Shown: positions 17,246 through 27,251 of the stretch, in pieces
Layout: every line of letters starts with the position of its first letter
Position numbering within the stretch: position 1 is the stretch's first letter
From: a virus
Lineage: Duplodnaviria > Caudoviricetes
Length of the DNA stretch: 40,866 bases
IMG/VR virus record: IMGVR_UViG_3300031949_000831
Coordinates: 1-40,866 of that record
Reading direction: 5' to 3' (one strand)
Position numbers and translations under genes: made by a program
The notes under the pieces: generated by a model
The model's input: only the letters and a program-made list of their open reading frames with translations
What the model was told of the DNA's origin: nothing
Database searches by the model: none

Positions 17246-17261
17246 AATAGTTGATTACGCA

Positions 17262-18257
17262 TTAAATATAATATTCTGTCACTATAGTAATTCCTGCCGC
17301 TCCAGTTCCACCATTCTGTGAACCAGAACCAGAATCGGCTGAAGCCCCTCCCGCTCCACCACCATAGACTCGACCATTACCACCTGTATTATGTTTGCTA
17401 CCTTTTCCGCCCCCACCATAATGGCTACTACCTCCATCAGCACCCGGTGAACCATTTGTTCCCGAACCCCTCCCACCATCGTTGCCGACAGTGTTTAATT
17501 GTCCTCCGCTGCCAGTCCCGCCGGCTCCACCATTACCACTAGCACCAGCGTTCTCCGCGGGATCACCACCACCTCCGCCGGTTGCCGATAAAAGAGAACT
17601 CGCTCCAAAAACAGTGGTTCCCCCCGTACTACCAGCCGCCGGAGTTGCCCCAGCCCCTCCACCCCCTCCAGCCCCAATTGTCACATCTTCAGTTGTCCCC
17701 AAAAGAGACGCGATAATAATCTCTCTAGCATATCCTCCCCCAGCTCCACCGCCAGCAGTAGCTGTATTCCCAGTTGACTTAGCCCCTCCTCCGCCACCAC
17801 CCCCGCCCACAACCTCAATAACCGCGTAAGACAAAACGGACGGTTTTGTCCATGTTCCTGTCCCTACAAAAGATGAAACCGTCGGAATGGATGCCGCGCC
17901 CCATTTTACTCCTGTATTTTGCGTGGAGTCGGCCACTAGGATTTGATTATTTGAGCCAATGGTTAACTTACTCAAAACACTGGAACTTTGAGCAACCAAT
18001 AAATCTCCCTTAGCGTAAGAAGTCTGACCGGTGCCGCCTTTATTAGCTGTTTGAACATGTCCACCACCGTCAGACGCGGCCGCCCGGACGTCATACATTA
18101 AAGTCCCCGACACGGAAGAAAGAGTGCCGATAAAAGCCTCCAACTTTTCAATCCCGTCATTCTGGGCTGACTCAACGGATGAGTGAGAGGGAGAATTAAG
18201 CCGGTCAGTCGCGTTCGGGTCAGTCAAGCTCGATAAAGTACTGGGAAAATTACTCAT
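17262..18257 (-). CDS. Tail fibre-like protein with Gly-rich C-terminal domain
   Basis: NFPSTL N-terminus, KGGTGQTSYAKGDLLVA and LVADSTQNTGVKW repeats, GTWTKP...VVGGGGGGG...GITIVTEY domain. Confidence 0.8.
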   Translation of the reverse strand: MSNFPSTLSSLTDPNATDRLNSPSHSSVESAQNDGIEKLEAFIGTLSSVSGTLMYDVRAAASDGGGHVQTANKGGTGQTSYAKGDLLVAQSSSVLSKLTIGSNNQILVADSTQNTGVKWGAASIPTVSSFVGTGTWTKPSVLSYAVIEVVGGGGGGGGAKSTGNTATAGGGAGGGYAREIIIASLLGTTEDVTIGAGGGGGAGATPAAGSTGGTTVFGASSLLSATGGGGGDPAENAGASGNGGAGGTGSGGQLNTVGNDGGRGSGTNGSPGADGGSSHYGGGGKGSKHNTGGNGRVYGGGAGGASADSGSGSQNGGTGAAGITIVTEYYI

Positions 18258-18454
18258 ACTGGTTTGGCAATTTTAGTGTAAACACTGGTAATTGGCTTAG
18301 CCACTTTAGTATAAGCTCCCTGATTTACCCCATCATAAAAGACTCCAGAATCGTCGTATTCCAAAGTTGGCTGGTCATATTGTTCTCGACCAATAGGATT
18401 AATTATTGTGTAGATACTTGATGTTGGTTTAGCAATTTTAGTGTAAGTAACCAT
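18254..18454 (-). CDS. Small virion protein with three YTK(I/V)AKP repeats
   Basis: Start re-called to ATG 18454; YD-rich centre. Confidence 0.65.
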   Translation of the reverse strand: MVTYTKIAKPTSSIYTIINPIGREQYDQPTLEYDDSGVFYDGVNQGAYTKVAKPITSVYTKIAKPV

Positions 18455-18456
18455 AC

Positions 18457-19140
18457 TCAAAATTCCCATCCAGACCACTGTTGAGTCACGGCCTGAATAG
18501 GTTGTTGCGTGCCACGAGCTAAAGTAGAAATATGCTGTTTGACTCTTTCCTCATATTTGGCGTTAAAGGCATTTCCCTCATCTATTTTCCCAAGCGAATA
18601 ATAATAACTTGAAGCAATCCGCCACCCTAAAACCCGATAATCAAGATTTTCTGGATAAGAAATAGTATCAGATGTGGCCGCGTATTCTGTTGGTTCAAGG
18701 TAATAAAATAAACGAATACCGGCAGTATTGGTACTTGTGGGAGTCGGGAATATTTCATACCAGTCCCCGCGATCGTCGAAATAAGGATGACCAGTAGAAG
18801 CGTTAGTTCTTAACCACCCAAAAGATTCTCCATTAGGTAAATTAGAGACATCAACTTGTTGAGCGCGAATATAATCTTGCCCTACACTTCCGCTATAGTT
18901 AAGTTCAATTGCCTTTAACCACCAGCAGTCAACTGGATAAAGGTATGTTCCAGTATCAGCCGTCATATCAATGGTCGCCTCTTGAATTTGAGCGGCGTCC
19001 ACACCCGCCTCGATTAATCGTCGCCGAAAATCCAATAGTGCTTCGTTCGCCCAAATAATTCCGTTAGTGTCAGTCAATCCGTTGCTATCGGTTGTAGCTT
19101 GGGCTCTTGAAAATGTCAGGACGTTCGCGAGTGTAGCCAT
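18457..19140 (-). CDS. Head-tail adaptor / tail tubular A-like protein
   Basis: Directly after the MCP; WANEA..., GTYLYP, IFPTP, LFYY motifs typical of adaptors. Confidence 0.7.
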   Translation of the reverse strand: MATLANVLTFSRAQATTDSNGLTDTNGIIWANEALLDFRRRLIEAGVDAAQIQEATIDMTADTGTYLYPVDCWWLKAIELNYSGSVGQDYIRAQQVDVSNLPNGESFGWLRTNASTGHPYFDDRGDWYEIFPTPTSTNTAGIRLFYYLEPTEYAATSDTISYPENLDYRVLGWRIASSYYYSLGKIDEGNAFNAKYEERVKQHISTLARGTQQPIQAVTQQWSGWEF

Positions 19141-19162
19141 TTTAATTTTAATTTACTTAGCC

Positions 19163-19184
19163 CTACCCCCCACAGTGGGGGCAG
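19163..19184. other. GC-rich hairpin between MCP and adaptor genes
   Basis: CCCCCA-CAG-TGGGGG; no U-tract on the coding strand, so possibly a stabiliser or weak terminator. Confidence 0.45.
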
Positions 19185-19198
19185 AGAAAATAAACTAA

Positions 19199-20284
19199 TT
19201 ACGCGCCGGTAAACGCACTTTCAGCTCTAACAATTCTCACGTAACCTAAAGCATCCTCGAATCGAGTCACACCCAGAGTGACCTTACCCGAAATCGAATT
19301 GTAAAGGTTAAGCGGATTATTGGAATCTGGTGTATTTACTAGCATCGCCTGTGGTTCTTGGAAGAAACCCCAGCCGAACGAATCTTTACCCAAGAACGTA
19401 GTCGGCATAACCGGCACGGTTGAGTTAAAGTAATTCTGCCAAGCGGTTTCCAAATAACGCACACCACGAAAGTCTCGCATTTTACCTTCTCTTAAATCAC
19501 CAACATTAGTGTAACGACCGACATCTACCCACGATCCAGTCGCGGTAGAAGTCATCATGTCATACATAGCGGTTGGATGAATCAGACCAGCGTAATATCC
19601 TCCCTCAAACGGCGTTAAACCAGCAGCGTTAGAAGCTCGTAAGAGCATTACCGCTCGGTTAGCGTCAGCTTGAGTAAGGAGATCGCCCGCCGCCAAGTTG
19701 GCCCGGGCAGTTTTACCGCCAGCGTAGATTACGCCGTTAGAACCAGCATTGACCACGTATTGAATGGCTGAATCCACCAAACGAGCCAAAGCGTTACGCA
19801 CTTCCGCCGAGGCATTGTCAATTACCTCGATCGCGGAATTTCTAACCAAAAGATCAGATACGGCCACAAGAATACCGTATTGTGCGGGGCCAGAACTATA
19901 GGAAGTCGAACCCCAAGTGACTGATGTTGGATTGGTTCCCTCCGTGATAGGAGCGACACCAACAGTTGAAGACATCGGCCAGCCACGAGCGTCGGAAGCT
20001 TCACCGCCTAAAATCGAAGCTCCCGCGCCCCAAACCGAACCAATAATGATACTTGGTGCGCCAATTTGGCCAGTGCTTGACGAACGAGCCAAGACCGGTA
20101 ACTGGTTAGGTTGAGGAAAGAGCAAACGATCAAAGCCTCTTGGCACATCCTTGCGTTTGCCAAGACGGGCGTATTGCAAATCCGGCTCCAACACTCTCAC
20201 GATGTCCGTGATATATGAAGTCAGGAGAGCTGATGTGTTTGTGCTCGCACCACCCCAACCTGTACCTCTAGTTGTAGTTGCCAT
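19199..20284 (-). CDS. Major capsid protein (HK97 fold, N4-gp56-like)
   Basis: PITEGTNP...AQYG..VAVSD, YAGLIHP...DM, G....GVRYLET, DSNNPLN motifs; follows the scaffold gene. Confidence 0.88.
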   Translation of the reverse strand: MATTTRGTGWGGASTNTSALLTSYITDIVRVLEPDLQYARLGKRKDVPRGFDRLLFPQPNQLPVLARSSSTGQIGAPSIIIGSVWGAGASILGGEASDARGWPMSSTVGVAPITEGTNPTSVTWGSTSYSSGPAQYGILVAVSDLLVRNSAIEVIDNASAEVRNALARLVDSAIQYVVNAGSNGVIYAGGKTARANLAAGDLLTQADANRAVMLLRASNAAGLTPFEGGYYAGLIHPTAMYDMMTSTATGSWVDVGRYTNVGDLREGKMRDFRGVRYLETAWQNYFNSTVPVMPTTFLGKDSFGWGFFQEPQAMLVNTPDSNNPLNLYNSISGKVTLGVTRFEDALGYVRIVRAESAFTGA

Positions 20285-20307
20285 TTTTTTAATGGCTCAA
20301 TGACAAG

Positions 20308-20799
20308 TTAATTTTTACTCAAAATATTGATTCCCTCTTTCTCCATTTTTACTAAAGCATCGCGCTTTTCGTCTACCGTCATCTCACCTAAACCCTTATC
20401 AGATTGTTCGGTAATCGCCGTACTGGCGGAACCTCCAGCGACATTATCTGGTAGTGGTGCGGATGGCGCAATTGGTGCCTGCAGTTTTCCCTCTTTAGCC
20501 AGAATTGCTAGAGTCGCGTCCTCGGCTGAATATCCCGCGTTAACTTTTTCAAGAATTTTATCCTGGAAAGCAGTTGCGTTTGGATATTGCGACGATAGTT
20601 TGGAGAAATCTCGGAAGAAATCTCTTTCTTTTTCGGCCTTAAGACGATTTTCCTCTTCCGTTTTTACCTTAGCGAGAGCATCGTCTTTTTCTTTGGCCGT
20701 TGACTTAACTTTGTCAGAGAGCTGTTGAAATCTATTCTTAGTTTTTAATGCTTCATCTTGATTATCGAGATCAAGATCTAATTCTTCGTTTTCACTCAT
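20308..20799 (-). CDS. Capsid scaffolding protein
   Basis: Acidic N-terminus, coiled coil, basic/acidic C-terminal helix; directly upstream of the MCP. Confidence 0.7.
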   Translation of the reverse strand: MSENEELDLDLDNQDEALKTKNRFQQLSDKVKSTAKEKDDALAKVKTEEENRLKAEKERDFFRDFSKLSSQYPNATAFQDKILEKVNAGYSAEDATLAILAKEGKLQAPIAPSAPLPDNVAGGSASTAITEQSDKGLGEMTVDEKRDALVKMEKEGINILSKN

Positions 20800-20821
20800 A
20801 AATTATCTGCCTGTACAATCC

Positions 20822-20841
20822 CGTAGACGGCGAACCCTACG
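20822..20841 (-). promoter_or_regulatory. UUCG-capped hairpin in the scaffold gene leader
   Basis: CGUAG-GG-UUCG-CC-GU-CUACG about 22 nt before ATG 20799. Confidence 0.45.
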
Positions 20842-20878
20842 TGGAGAATAATTGGTAATTGACACGATTACCGCGGAG

Positions 20879-21268
20879 TTATAAGGAAACCTTGAACCGT
20901 TCCAAATGTTTAGTTGAACATTCGGTTGTATTACACCATGCTACCAATACTCCCGGCTGATAGGGATGTTCTGCCACGTTAAGCACTGACATTCGTATTA
21001 CTTCCTCCGGGTCTTTTTCTCGTGGGCAATAAACACATCTTAAGTCCATTCCCCGATAATGAGAGCAGAGTTTGTATTGTAAGTGCCCGGGCATTTTTGG
21101 ATCAACAACCCCACAGAATTCACATTGCCCCCCCCGAATTGCGGGAAAACGACGTGAATATGGCACGGTTTCTGCTCCCTGTCGTTCAAGTCTCATATTT
21201 CTCGGTAAACCCGAGTCCGGTATCTGCGCAACATTGGGCGCAGTCCCCGAAGCAGTTTGTTTATTCAT
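20879..21268 (-). CDS. Cys-rich putative zinc-binding protein
   Basis: CEFC, CSHY, CVYC and CNTTEC...H motifs. Confidence 0.7.
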   Translation of the reverse strand: MNKQTASGTAPNVAQIPDSGLPRNMRLERQGAETVPYSRRFPAIRGGQCEFCGVVDPKMPGHLQYKLCSHYRGMDLRCVYCPREKDPEEVIRMSVLNVAEHPYQPGVLVAWCNTTECSTKHLERFKVSL

Positions 21269-21593
21269 CTTGTTTTATTTTATCTAACTGGTTTTTAAGG
21301 AACCTTGCAAACGTGACCAAATCAGAATAACGTCTAGCCCATTTCCACTCACCCTGCAAGCGATAAATTTCTTTTTCATTTATATCTTTGCGAGCTTCTA
21401 AAAGGAGTAAACGATTGACTCGTTTTTCTTCTCTATCAAAATGTAACTCCTGAAACGTCTGCCAGTCTCTATTCTGTAAAAGACCATCGATCGCTCCAAT
21501 AATCCTCGTTAACCTAATTTGCTCCTCTTCGATTTCCGGCCTTTTTTCTTTGACTTTTTGGCCAAGTAATTCATTGGGTGATTCATCGTTCAT
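21261..21593 (-). CDS. Head-module hypothetical protein
   Basis: LLQNRDWQ...EIYRLQG pattern common in small genes between portal and scaffold. Confidence 0.65.
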   Translation of the reverse strand: MNDESPNELLGQKVKEKRPEIEEEQIRLTRIIGAIDGLLQNRDWQTFQELHFDREEKRVNRLLLLEARKDINEKEIYRLQGEWKWARRYSDLVTFARFLKNQLDKIKQDE

Positions 21594-22112
21594 TTAAGCC
21601 GTTGCCGACTGACTATTAACTTTGACCTGAACTCGCTCGTTGAGAATGCTAGTGACGGCGGCGGTGTAACGCAGGAAAATACGATTTTGCGGGCCGAGAA
21701 TGGGTAAACCGTTAAACTCTTTTTGAGCCAACGTTGAAGCGGCTGCCGTACCGGTAGTGCTCAATACACTGACAGCCGTTCCAGTGCCGACAGATGCTAC
21801 CCCGTAGGTTGCTCTTATCCCCATACCGGTCACAGGAATAGATAACCATTCGGCTGTCGTATTGTTAGCGTTAGAAACGATGCTCGTCCTGGCGACATCA
21901 TAGTAAGTCGTCCCACCATCATCAGAGGTCTGAAATACTGCTGACACACCACCGCCAAGAACGGAAGCGGTCAATTTAACCACGACATTATCCGTATCTT
22001 GGGGAATAGTAAAAGTGTTAGCCACCCCGCCAGCAGTTGAAGCTGGGCCAGTGGCGTTTATCGTATCATTGTTTACATCAAGAACTGTTCTTAAAGGTAA
22101 TCTGATTGCCAT
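21594..22112 (-). CDS. Putative virion decoration protein (beta-sandwich)
   Basis: Thr/Ala/Val-rich; FQTSDDGGTTYYDVA motif. Confidence 0.65.
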   Translation of the reverse strand: MAIRLPLRTVLDVNNDTINATGPASTAGGVANTFTIPQDTDNVVVKLTASVLGGGVSAVFQTSDDGGTTYYDVARTSIVSNANNTTAEWLSIPVTGMGIRATYGVASVGTGTAVSVLSTTGTAAASTLAQKEFNGLPILGPQNRIFLRYTAAVTSILNERVQVKVNSQSATA

Positions 22113-22141
22113 TTGATTATTAACTTAATTTGTAATTCGAC

Positions 22142-22309
22142 CTAATTAAACATTTCTTTTTCGGCGGCATTGCGTAGCATGGTTTTTGAACGCTTGGCCT
22201 CCTTTGCCATATTTCTCTGCTTTTGGGTTTGGATTTCATCCAAACCTCGGGCAATGGCTCTCCCTTGTTCCACTAATTTATTTTCGGCTATAATTTTTTG
22301 CGATTCCAT
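22142..22309 (-). CDS. Small helical hypothetical protein (55 aa)
   Basis: MESQKIIAENKLVEQGRAIARG...; hand translation. Confidence 0.55.
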   Translation of the reverse strand: MESQKIIAENKLVEQGRAIARGLDEIQTQKQRNMAKEAKRSKTMLRNAAEKEMFN

Positions 22310-22373
22310 TTTTTCCAACTTTTTTCATCACTTTTACCATTTTCTTATCGCTCATCATCTTTCCCCCTTTCAT
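22278..22373 (-). CDS. Small Lys/Met-rich peptide (31 aa)
   Basis: MKGGKMMSDKKMVKVMKKVGKNGIAKNYSRK; starts 1 nt after the upstream stop. Confidence 0.5.
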   Translation of the reverse strand: MKGGKMMSDKKMVKVMKKVGKNGIAKNYSRK

Positions 22374-22374
22374 T

Positions 22375-22599
22375 TTATGCATTGATTCTTTTAATGATTT
22401 CATTGATTTTTTCTCTTAATTCGCAAATATCAGCTCGATCATAAGAATTAGTAATTTCTGCGATTTTTTTAAAAGTTGCAATATTGGGGGTAGCTATGGG
22501 TTCAGACGGAACATCATCACCAGTATACACCACTTTTTCTTCTTTACCCCCACCATAATTTCCCTTCGTGTTAACTGATTTTGTTTTTTTCCTTAACAT
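22375..22599 (-). CDS. Hypothetical protein
   Basis: Operon-packed ORF ending LREKINEIIKRIN. Confidence 0.6.
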   Translation of the reverse strand: MLRKKTKSVNTKGNYGGGKEEKVVYTGDDVPSEPIATPNIATFKKIAEITNSYDRADICELREKINEIIKRINA

Positions 22600-22601
22600 A
22601 T

Positions 22602-22991
22602 TTAGTATTGGGTTGTCATAACACTAGCGGAACTAATATGAACCTTTACCGCGCAAGTGTTGTATAGACCTAATTGTTTATTAAGACCTACTATACTTGA
22701 AACTGCCCCAGTGTTAACTGGAACCACAAATCTCCTCAATGCACCCGCCGGCACGTGATGGTCAAAATTGGCTGTGCCGGCGGCACTAATTACACTCGCT
22801 GACCCCCATTTGAGAACTGCTCCTTGACCACCAATCGCCGCTACCTCCAAACTGGTAGTATTGTCGTCAAAGGTAATCACGGAGGAAGCCGTCGGCACCC
22901 CCACATTAGTGGCCAACGCGGTGAAAGGAGTTGGGAATTCTTGCATCGCGTTTCTATTCCTGTCTACTGGCAATTGTTTTGCGTAACTCAT
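22602..22991 (-). CDS. Putative virion structural protein
   Basis: LPVDRN.N.MQ N-terminus, beta-rich; ATGA-coupled to the portal gene. Confidence 0.6.
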   Translation of the reverse strand: MSYAKQLPVDRNRNAMQEFPTPFTALATNVGVPTASSVITFDDNTTSLEVAAIGGQGAVLKWGSASVISAAGTANFDHHVPAGALRRFVVPVNTGAVSSIVGLNKQLGLYNTCAVKVHISSASVMTTQY

Positions 22992-24877
22992 TTTTGATTA
23001 TTATTTTTAATTTCTGTTTTTAATGGGCTGGCGGACGCGAGAGGCGATCGTCTTTCGGCTCCAACGTCAATCTGCCCAGGAATTTCTGACCCCATCATTG
23101 TTTGTTGCGCCATTACGGCCCGCTTCTGTTCTGCCAAAAGGTTTTCGTGAGCAAATATATGCACCCACGCGGCCCAAGTTTTTGGCGTTACTGATTGATG
23201 GATATAAATATGCGTTTCGTGGTCATCAGTTTCTGACACGTCAGGCATTGAGTTCTTCTTTAACTCCTCATTTTCCTGATCGGCTTTCATCTCATCAATT
23301 GTCTTGGGAAGTATAACATCAACTAACGATGGATCTTGCAGGAAAAGGGGAAAGAAAACATGCTTATTAAAGTTTCGCATACCATTAGGTTCGAGTGTAG
23401 TCACAAGTTGTGGATAAAGTTGCATAAAATCTCGACGTTTTACTAAATCCTTGTATTCCGCCTCTTTCGCTGAATAAACCATTACGCCAGGCGGGAAGTC
23501 AGTATTGAAATCTTCAAGATTAACCATCTTAGAATCTACACCTCTAACGCCGACAACATTAGCCATTTTCTCTTTTAGTTCTTTGCTATGTCTAGCATAA
23601 CGATGGAACCAGTGAGACCAAAACTCCGCCTCACCGAATTGTAACACTTTACTTTGTAATGATTGAGCTAAATCATTCAACTGTTGCTCAATTGCCACTT
23701 CGGTCGCTGTTTCCCGTGCCCCTTTATCCGGTTGTAGAGCTGTCCCTGTTCCGACCGGCTCGTTAGCTTCTTGAGTCAAAGACTGGATAAAGTTAATCAA
23801 GTCCGGTGACATTGAGGACGCCTTTTGAATTGGCCCCATCGCCAAGTTACCGTCCCCCATAACTGGAATATGCTGGTTAATCTGTCGTGAGAAAAATTGA
23901 GCAATGTCTTTCACCCGATCAGGATCATACCAATAAAGAGGATTAGCTTGATCCTTAGCGGCAACATAGGCAAGATTCAGCAATACACTTTTAGCTCGAT
24001 GTTTATCTTCCAATAAATCTGCTACGGAAAAAGGCACTGATGAGTGCGGTTCACGGAAAGCCTCTTTAACCACAATTGGCCATCTAGAACCGGTATCAAT
24101 TATTTCACCATTAGGAGCAACAATTTTTTCTCCATCATCTAAATCAAGTTCCTGTTCGAAAATTATTTTAGCGCTATGCTTATCTGTCCAGTAAATAGAC
24201 CTTTTACCTTTATCATTATAACCGAAGAACTCAAGGATCTGATAGACATCATCATCCGCTGGTTCCTGTGGTGGCTCAACGCCGTCTCGTGCTTGATCGA
24301 CACGAGTTTTGTACATCCACAAATAAGGATCAACTCCACCCGGCAAATCGGTTGCCTTGTTAATTCCCTTTAAAACTTTAGCCTTGATTAGTGCCTCAAT
24401 TTCCCATTTGTCTTTTGTTATCCATTTCCAATAATACCGCCACTTTTGAGGATCATCGAAATACGGATCGTAACCAAACACTAATGGATTGATTACGTGT
24501 GGTTGCATAATTTTTCGTTTCTTGTCAAAACGTAATGTCTCTACATACCCACGACCAAAGAACAGCGTATCCCAGCACCAATCGTAATCGAGTTTCGCTT
24601 TACCCATTTCTAAATAATCGGATTGAGCCAAGAGGTTGTAAGAATTTATTTGTTCCTGCGCAATCCCTTGAGATGGTAAAAACTTAACTTGGAGTTTATC
24701 ATCATAGAGAGCTGATAAAACTCGATTAAACAATGTTAAAAGCAACGTTGAGGAAATATATTGATCTCCACGCCTTATATTGCTTAACAGTGCGAGTTGT
24801 TGAGATTGCCGTTTCTTTTTGGCCTGAAGAAAACTAAAACTTTCCTCGTATTTATCAGCTATGTATTGCGGTGTCAT
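22988..24877 (-). CDS. Portal protein (P22-like)
   Basis: 629 aa after TerL; DTLFFGRG, ETATEV and DDHETHIYIH motifs typical of podovirus portals. Confidence 0.85.
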   Translation of the reverse strand: MTPQYIADKYEESFSFLQAKKKRQSQQLALLSNIRRGDQYISSTLLLTLFNRVLSALYDDKLQVKFLPSQGIAQEQINSYNLLAQSDYLEMGKAKLDYDWCWDTLFFGRGYVETLRFDKKRKIMQPHVINPLVFGYDPYFDDPQKWRYYWKWITKDKWEIEALIKAKVLKGINKATDLPGGVDPYLWMYKTRVDQARDGVEPPQEPADDDVYQILEFFGYNDKGKRSIYWTDKHSAKIIFEQELDLDDGEKIVAPNGEIIDTGSRWPIVVKEAFREPHSSVPFSVADLLEDKHRAKSVLLNLAYVAAKDQANPLYWYDPDRVKDIAQFFSRQINQHIPVMGDGNLAMGPIQKASSMSPDLINFIQSLTQEANEPVGTGTALQPDKGARETATEVAIEQQLNDLAQSLQSKVLQFGEAEFWSHWFHRYARHSKELKEKMANVVGVRGVDSKMVNLEDFNTDFPPGVMVYSAKEAEYKDLVKRRDFMQLYPQLVTTLEPNGMRNFNKHVFFPLFLQDPSLVDVILPKTIDEMKADQENEELKKNSMPDVSETDDHETHIYIHQSVTPKTWAAWVHIFAHENLLAEQKRAVMAQQTMMGSEIPGQIDVGAERRSPLASASPLKTEIKNNNQK

Positions 24878-25286
24878 TTGAAATAAGTTCGGTTAGAGTT
24901 TTGGGCTTTGAAGTAAGAAGCTGGCCTCGGGCGGGGGTCGCCGGCACGACGATCACATAATGCGACCGATTTTTTGCCATCATCAGACGCGGACTTGTTT
25001 CAGAATAAATCTTCCAACCGTCTTGCCATAATTGTACCTCAATTTGTTTGATATGAGAATTAAAGAGTTCCTGCGCTGTTGGCGTTTTTGTTTTAAACGA
25101 TTCGGGGTTAGGTCTAAAATAGAAATGCCGGAGAGTTACAGCAACTCCATCACCAGTATCATCTTCCAATTTAACATTAGACTCGGCGGCAAGAGTCTTT
25201 ACCTCCCATTGGTCGTTGACCGTCAAGTCCACCGGCTTTTCAGTCTTTCTATTTAAAATTTTTCCCTCTTTCTTTTTCTTAGACAT
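24855..25286 (-). CDS. Hypothetical protein between TerL and portal
   Basis: Overlaps both neighbours; start re-called to ATG 25286. Confidence 0.65.
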   Translation of the reverse strand: MSKKKKEGKILNRKTEKPVDLTVNDQWEVKTLAAESNVKLEDDTGDGVAVTLRHFYFRPNPESFKTKTPTAQELFNSHIKQIEVQLWQDGWKIYSETSPRLMMAKNRSHYVIVVPATPARGQLLTSKPKTLTELISNDTAIHS

Positions 25287-26709
25287 TTTTATCTTGCCAA
25301 GTATCCATCGTCCAATCGTAAAACTGGCCACCACGTGTCTTTATCTGCTTATCGGTCTGCAAGGCGGTATCGCTGATGGACATGGTCAATACCGCCGCGT
25401 CCACGCAATTAGGCGACATAATCCCCCCCCTTAAAAGTTCCTCCTTGGGCTGAATAATAATTTTACCATCCCGATTTTTGTATTTAACATTCTCAAATTC
25501 GTTCCACCCATAATTAGCCAGAAGTCGACCGCCGGATAACACCCATTTACGCTCACGCCAGTGCCATTCCGCTTTTAGATTAGAGAACATATCCTCTTCT
25601 GATCTTTCACCAAAGGAAACTCCACGGACAGAATAACCAAGCTCTTTAAGTCTATCATACACACCCTGACCAATTCCGGTTTTGTCAATCACAATCAGAT
25701 CGGCTTTATAATCCCTGTGTTTATCCATCGCTACCCCCACTAAGTCCATAGTATCGGCCATTTTTTGATTAAAAACAATCTCTTGGAGATTTCCGCTTTT
25801 AAGTACCATCGCTGAGTTATCCCCACCCGCGGCTGGATCAATTCCTAAAATTATGTAGCCAGAGTGTTGCCCTTGCTGGACTAAACAAGATTGTAGTTCT
25901 CTATCCGTTAACAACCTAGTATAACCTTTTTCATCCACTCCCTCATCAAAGGCATCCCAGTTACCCTCTAAATACGCTCGACGTTGAACTTCGGGTAAAG
26001 ATTCAAGAGACTTATAATACTCCTGCGGTAAATAAGGATTATCAGTTGGCAACGCTGGCACGTAAACAAATTCGTATTGTTCTTTTTCTTCCGGTGGAAA
26101 CAATCTTTTCACCCATATATTTTTTACCCACGCTTCGCCGATTGGATTGCAAGCGGCCAAAAATCTGACATCGGGTATTCCTTCCCAACGCAAGCGTTTG
26201 CGTAATTCACGAAAAGTGGTAACTGGATTACGGTTTATCTCATCTACTCCCATCGCCGCGAATTCTACAGACAAATACTTTTCGGGATCATCTAGATTTC
26301 TAAAGGCAATAATCCCGTTTCCATATTCCGATGCCAAAGTAAATTCGTGTTTAGCTTCATTAAATCTCCCCAACCACGTTGGAAATTCAAACTTTATCTT
26401 GGTGAGGTGTCGATCATTCAGTGACACGTAATCTTCACAAAACAAACCGGCTCTTATTCCTCTTTTTTTATATTTAGAAAAGAACTTTATCAACCAATAT
26501 ACCATCATCCACCTTAACCAATGACTTTTGCCTGAACCCAAACTACCTCCGTACAAAACAAATTTAAATCTCTTAGACGCCAGTTGAGCTTCCAACTGTT
26601 TAGGAAGAAAATGCGATAATTCAGAAAATTTAAGCTTTTCCTCCGTCGACTCCTTTGATTTTTCCGGCGTTACGACTGGCATAAAATACTTTTTTCGCTC
26701 TAGGGCCAT
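25279..26709 (-). CDS. terL: Terminase large subunit
   Basis: PKQ motif, Walker A GGSLGSGKS, Walker B AAMGVDE, ACNP coupling motif, RNase H-like GIDPA...D nuclease domain. Confidence 0.95.
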   Translation of the reverse strand: MALERKKYFMPVVTPEKSKESTEEKLKFSELSHFLPKQLEAQLASKRFKFVLYGGSLGSGKSHWLRWMMVYWLIKFFSKYKKRGIRAGLFCEDYVSLNDRHLTKIKFEFPTWLGRFNEAKHEFTLASEYGNGIIAFRNLDDPEKYLSVEFAAMGVDEINRNPVTTFRELRKRLRWEGIPDVRFLAACNPIGEAWVKNIWVKRLFPPEEKEQYEFVYVPALPTDNPYLPQEYYKSLESLPEVQRRAYLEGNWDAFDEGVDEKGYTRLLTDRELQSCLVQQGQHSGYIILGIDPAAGGDNSAMVLKSGNLQEIVFNQKMADTMDLVGVAMDKHRDYKADLIVIDKTGIGQGVYDRLKELGYSVRGVSFGERSEEDMFSNLKAEWHWRERKWVLSGGRLLANYGWNEFENVKYKNRDGKIIIQPKEELLRGGIMSPNCVDAAVLTMSISDTALQTDKQIKTRGGQFYDWTMDTWQDKNV

Positions 26710-26763
26710 ATTGCTTTTTCATCCCTGACATTATTTTTTTACCTTTTTTCGTTAATGGCATAT

Positions 26764-27057
26764 TTATTCGTCTATACTAATTACTTTACTAATAATTTCA
26801 CCAAGATCAGTCGGTTGCACCACTTTGCCGTCCATTCGGTCTAGTATTTCCTTGACTAATACATCCGACTTGGTTATGGCTCTTAACACAGTGGCTTTTC
26901 TTAGTTTATCCGCGTAAGTCTCACCATCACTGGCGGTGGTCATTAGGAACTCTCTGATCTTGGTGGTCATTGATAAAGTTCCAGCCACCTTTCCTTTCGG
27001 GTTGCCTGATACACCTTTCTTAAATTGTTTGTCCACTGGTGGTTGTTTATACGGCAT
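26764..27057 (-). CDS. terS: Terminase small subunit (DUF5681-like)
   Basis: QFKKGVSGNPKG and KEILDRMDGK motifs; directly upstream of terL. Confidence 0.8.
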   Translation of the reverse strand: MPYKQPPVDKQFKKGVSGNPKGKVAGTLSMTTKIREFLMTTASDGETYADKLRKATVLRAITKSDVLVKEILDRMDGKVVQPTDLGEIISKVISIDE

Positions 27058-27077
27058 ATCCCTGATTATTCCCTACA

Positions 27078-27086
27078 GTATATCAC
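27078..27086 (-). promoter_or_regulatory. Extended -10 promoter (TGATATACT) for packaging/structural genes
   Basis: TG-n-TATACT 20 nt upstream of the terS ATG. Confidence 0.5.
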
Positions 27087-27104
27087 AACTTTACCGCTTT
27101 GTCG

Positions 27105-27245
27105 TTAGCTCGCATTAGATACCTGTCTATTAGGACAAGTTTTCAATAAGAAGTCAATATCATTACCAACTCTCCCGCATGTCATACAAGGACAACGGTA
27201 GTATTCTTGATCCTTTTTTTGGTAGTTTTTTAGCGGTTTTGTCAT
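27105..27245 (-). pseudogene. Small Cys-rich ORF interrupted by a frameshift in an A-run
   Basis: The ATG frame stops after 27 aa; the shifted frame reads DQEYYRCPCMTCGRVGNDIDFLLKTCPNR. Confidence 0.4.
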
Positions 27246-27251
27246 AGTCCT

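Noticed and set aside
23409-23417. Perfect DnaA box inside the portal gene
   Set aside because: Coding context with no adjacent promoter; probably chance.
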